The position numbers were made by a program, and so were the translations under genes. A stretch of 64,000 nt of DNA from Zygnema circumcarinatum SAG 698-1b (lineage: Eukaryota > Plantae > Zygnematophyceae), in assembly GCA_037447605.1 (NCBI GenBank), contig CM074808.1:310001-374000 (forward strand), read 5' to 3'. The notes under the pieces are model-generated. The model was not told the DNA's origin and ran no database searches. It saw only the letters and a program-made list of their open reading frames with translations. Position 1 is the stretch's first letter; every line of letters begins with the position of its first letter. This document shows, piece by piece, positions 54,282-64,000 of this stretch.

Positions 54282-55877
54282 GTCACTGCAAACCGTGTGT
54301 GAGTGGTAAGGTCTCTCTCTCTCTCTCTCTCTATCCTCTCTGTCTTTCTCACTCTCTCCCTTTCACTCTCTCGCACACGCACACTCTGGGAGAGGAGGCG
54401 GAGAGGTTACCGGGCTTTTTCGGATTAATAAAATGGAGGCATCTGGGTTTAGAAGTTTTGATGGGAGTCCTCCATGCGAAGCTCAGCTGTTGGGAGGATT
54501 CCAGGTTTTTTACAGTATCGCTAATCTGATGTGGGTTCTATGTGATGATATGGGTTATGGTTGGCTGGCATGTTATCCTCACCATAATCACGCGCATGGC
54601 GCTTTCACTGTTTAGTGCAGGTGTTGTTTCGCCCTTCTATCCTTTTAAGTGTTGGAAACTACGGGTTTAGAAATAGAGCTGATGTCATTTTGTCAGGTAT
54701 GCAGATGACTCACCACTCCATATTGTATGTGTCTTTCCTTCAGGAAGAGGAATATGCGCAGTGCAGAGAGGGAGACGCAGAGGGGCTCGACCGTGAAGCA
54801 GTTCGCTGTTTATCTGCACCTCAGTGGATAGGGCTATGCAGGATGCATTGTGGAGAGGGAAATTCTGAGCTCTTGAAACTACGAGCATGGAGGGCATCAT
54901 ATGCCTTATGGAATGAGTTGGGTTTTTGGTTTCCTGTTCAGATTCCAAAGTGTGCCTGTCTGACCCCCTCTTATGGCTGTGTTGCTAAGTCGGAAACCCT
55001 AAGGACATGATTGAAATATGATCTCAATCTTAACCAGTAGTAACACAGAAGTACGGGATTGGAGGAAAATAATTCACATATGACCCTTGTAGTACTAAAG
55101 GGGGGAAGTTGTGGCATTGATCTCACGATGACGATGCCATCAAACAGTGCTAAAGCAACAATAACAATGTTATGACTTCATGGTGTGGCATTATCACTAT
55201 GTAATTCTATCCGCATGCGGGCTCACGTTCTCCAAAAAATCCCTCCCTCATTTGCTTGCTTAACCACAGAAACTCTTAGTGTAACGTACCCTTGCGTTCC
55301 TTTCCGTTACGTCAGAATTGAACTGCGACAGAACATAACTGAACGTGCCCCATTCGCACATGTGGGCACCTCGTGGACCACCCCAAGTGCCTGGACCTTC
55401 TAGAAGCTTCCGTCGTTTTGGACTGTACATTAGTACGAATATGTTACAGGTGCGAACATCATACATGTATTGTACGAATATGTAGCGAGTAGTATTACCC
55501 TCCTACCATCGAGTATGTTCTGCTAAGCATTACATAACGTACGGATATGTATGACCATTCAGCCAAAGCACAGCTGGCGTGCCCTCAATTCCACGCTATG
55601 TCCATCCTCTCCCTCCGTCCCGCCCTCGCTCTCCCTTCCTCTCTAATTCTCTCTCCCTCTCTCCCTCCCTCTCTCACTCTAATTCTCTCTCCCTCCCCCA
55701 CTCTCTCCCTCTCTAATTCTCTCTCCCCCTCTCTCCCTCCCTCTCTCCTTCTCTTATTCTCTCTCCCCCTCTCTCCCTCACCTCTCTCCCTCTCTCTCTC
55801 TTTCCCTCTCTCGCCCTCCCTCTCTCTCTCTCCACCTTTCACTGTGCCCAACTTCCTTTTTGCTCGACCCCTCCGCC

Positions 55878-63641
<7,764 letters not shown>

Positions 63642-64000
63642 GAAATATCGCGGTATATCGGGCAAGATGCGATATATCGCGGTGGAACAAGAACGGAAGC
63701 TCTGTAGTCGTTTTTATGTGGAGAGCAGTTGAGAAATTTCACAAGCGGTTAAATTTTGTGCATAGAATCACGCGGTTTTGGAGGGAGGGGGGGGGGGGGA
63801 CTTGTTCTGGGATTGAAGGAGGGGGTTTGGATGTACAGCGAGGGTTCAGGGTTTGAGGCGAGAGCTTTTGTAAAGGGAGAGAGCTTGTAAACTTTAGATT
63901 CCATTATGGCGAATGATTTTGGTTTACATATTTTAATTTCTTGACGATGTCTTGATGGCTCGGTGTTTCGTTTTTTAGTCAATGAACTAAATTCGTACCG

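Overview
This is gene-dense, intron-rich eukaryotic nuclear DNA. Plant-type TTTAGGG motifs, LRR-RLK, pectin acetylesterase and TIC110-like genes point to a streptophyte; a zygnematophyte or other charophyte alga is my inference. Most ORFs in the supplied track are artefacts of GA/CT-rich low-complexity tracts. Hand-splicing gives 13 protein-coding genes, in order: partial LRR receptor-like gene (-), small organelle-targeted protein (-, tentative), POLA2 (-) head-to-head with a SMARCAL1/ZRANB3-type SNF2-HNH helicase (+), intronless zinc-ribbon protein (-), two divergent GH20 beta-hexosaminidases, mitochondrial bL35, GnTII/MGAT2 (-), pectin acetylesterase (+), F-box/LRR protein (-), RPL23 with an intronic C/D snoRNA (+), and a 15-exon plastid-targeted gene. 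The main highlight is that last gene. It fuses a PspA/VIPP1-like coiled coil in frame to a divergent TIC110-like stromal domain with no visible membrane anchor, and the splice donor at the junction overlaps a stop codon. Other highlights are a 149-nt GC-AG intron after a 17-nt microexon that is almost invariant between the two otherwise diverged hexosaminidases, at least five GC-AG introns with many G-rich acceptors, and a C/D snoRNA with no target I could assign. Family assignments rest on recalled motifs; no database searches were run.
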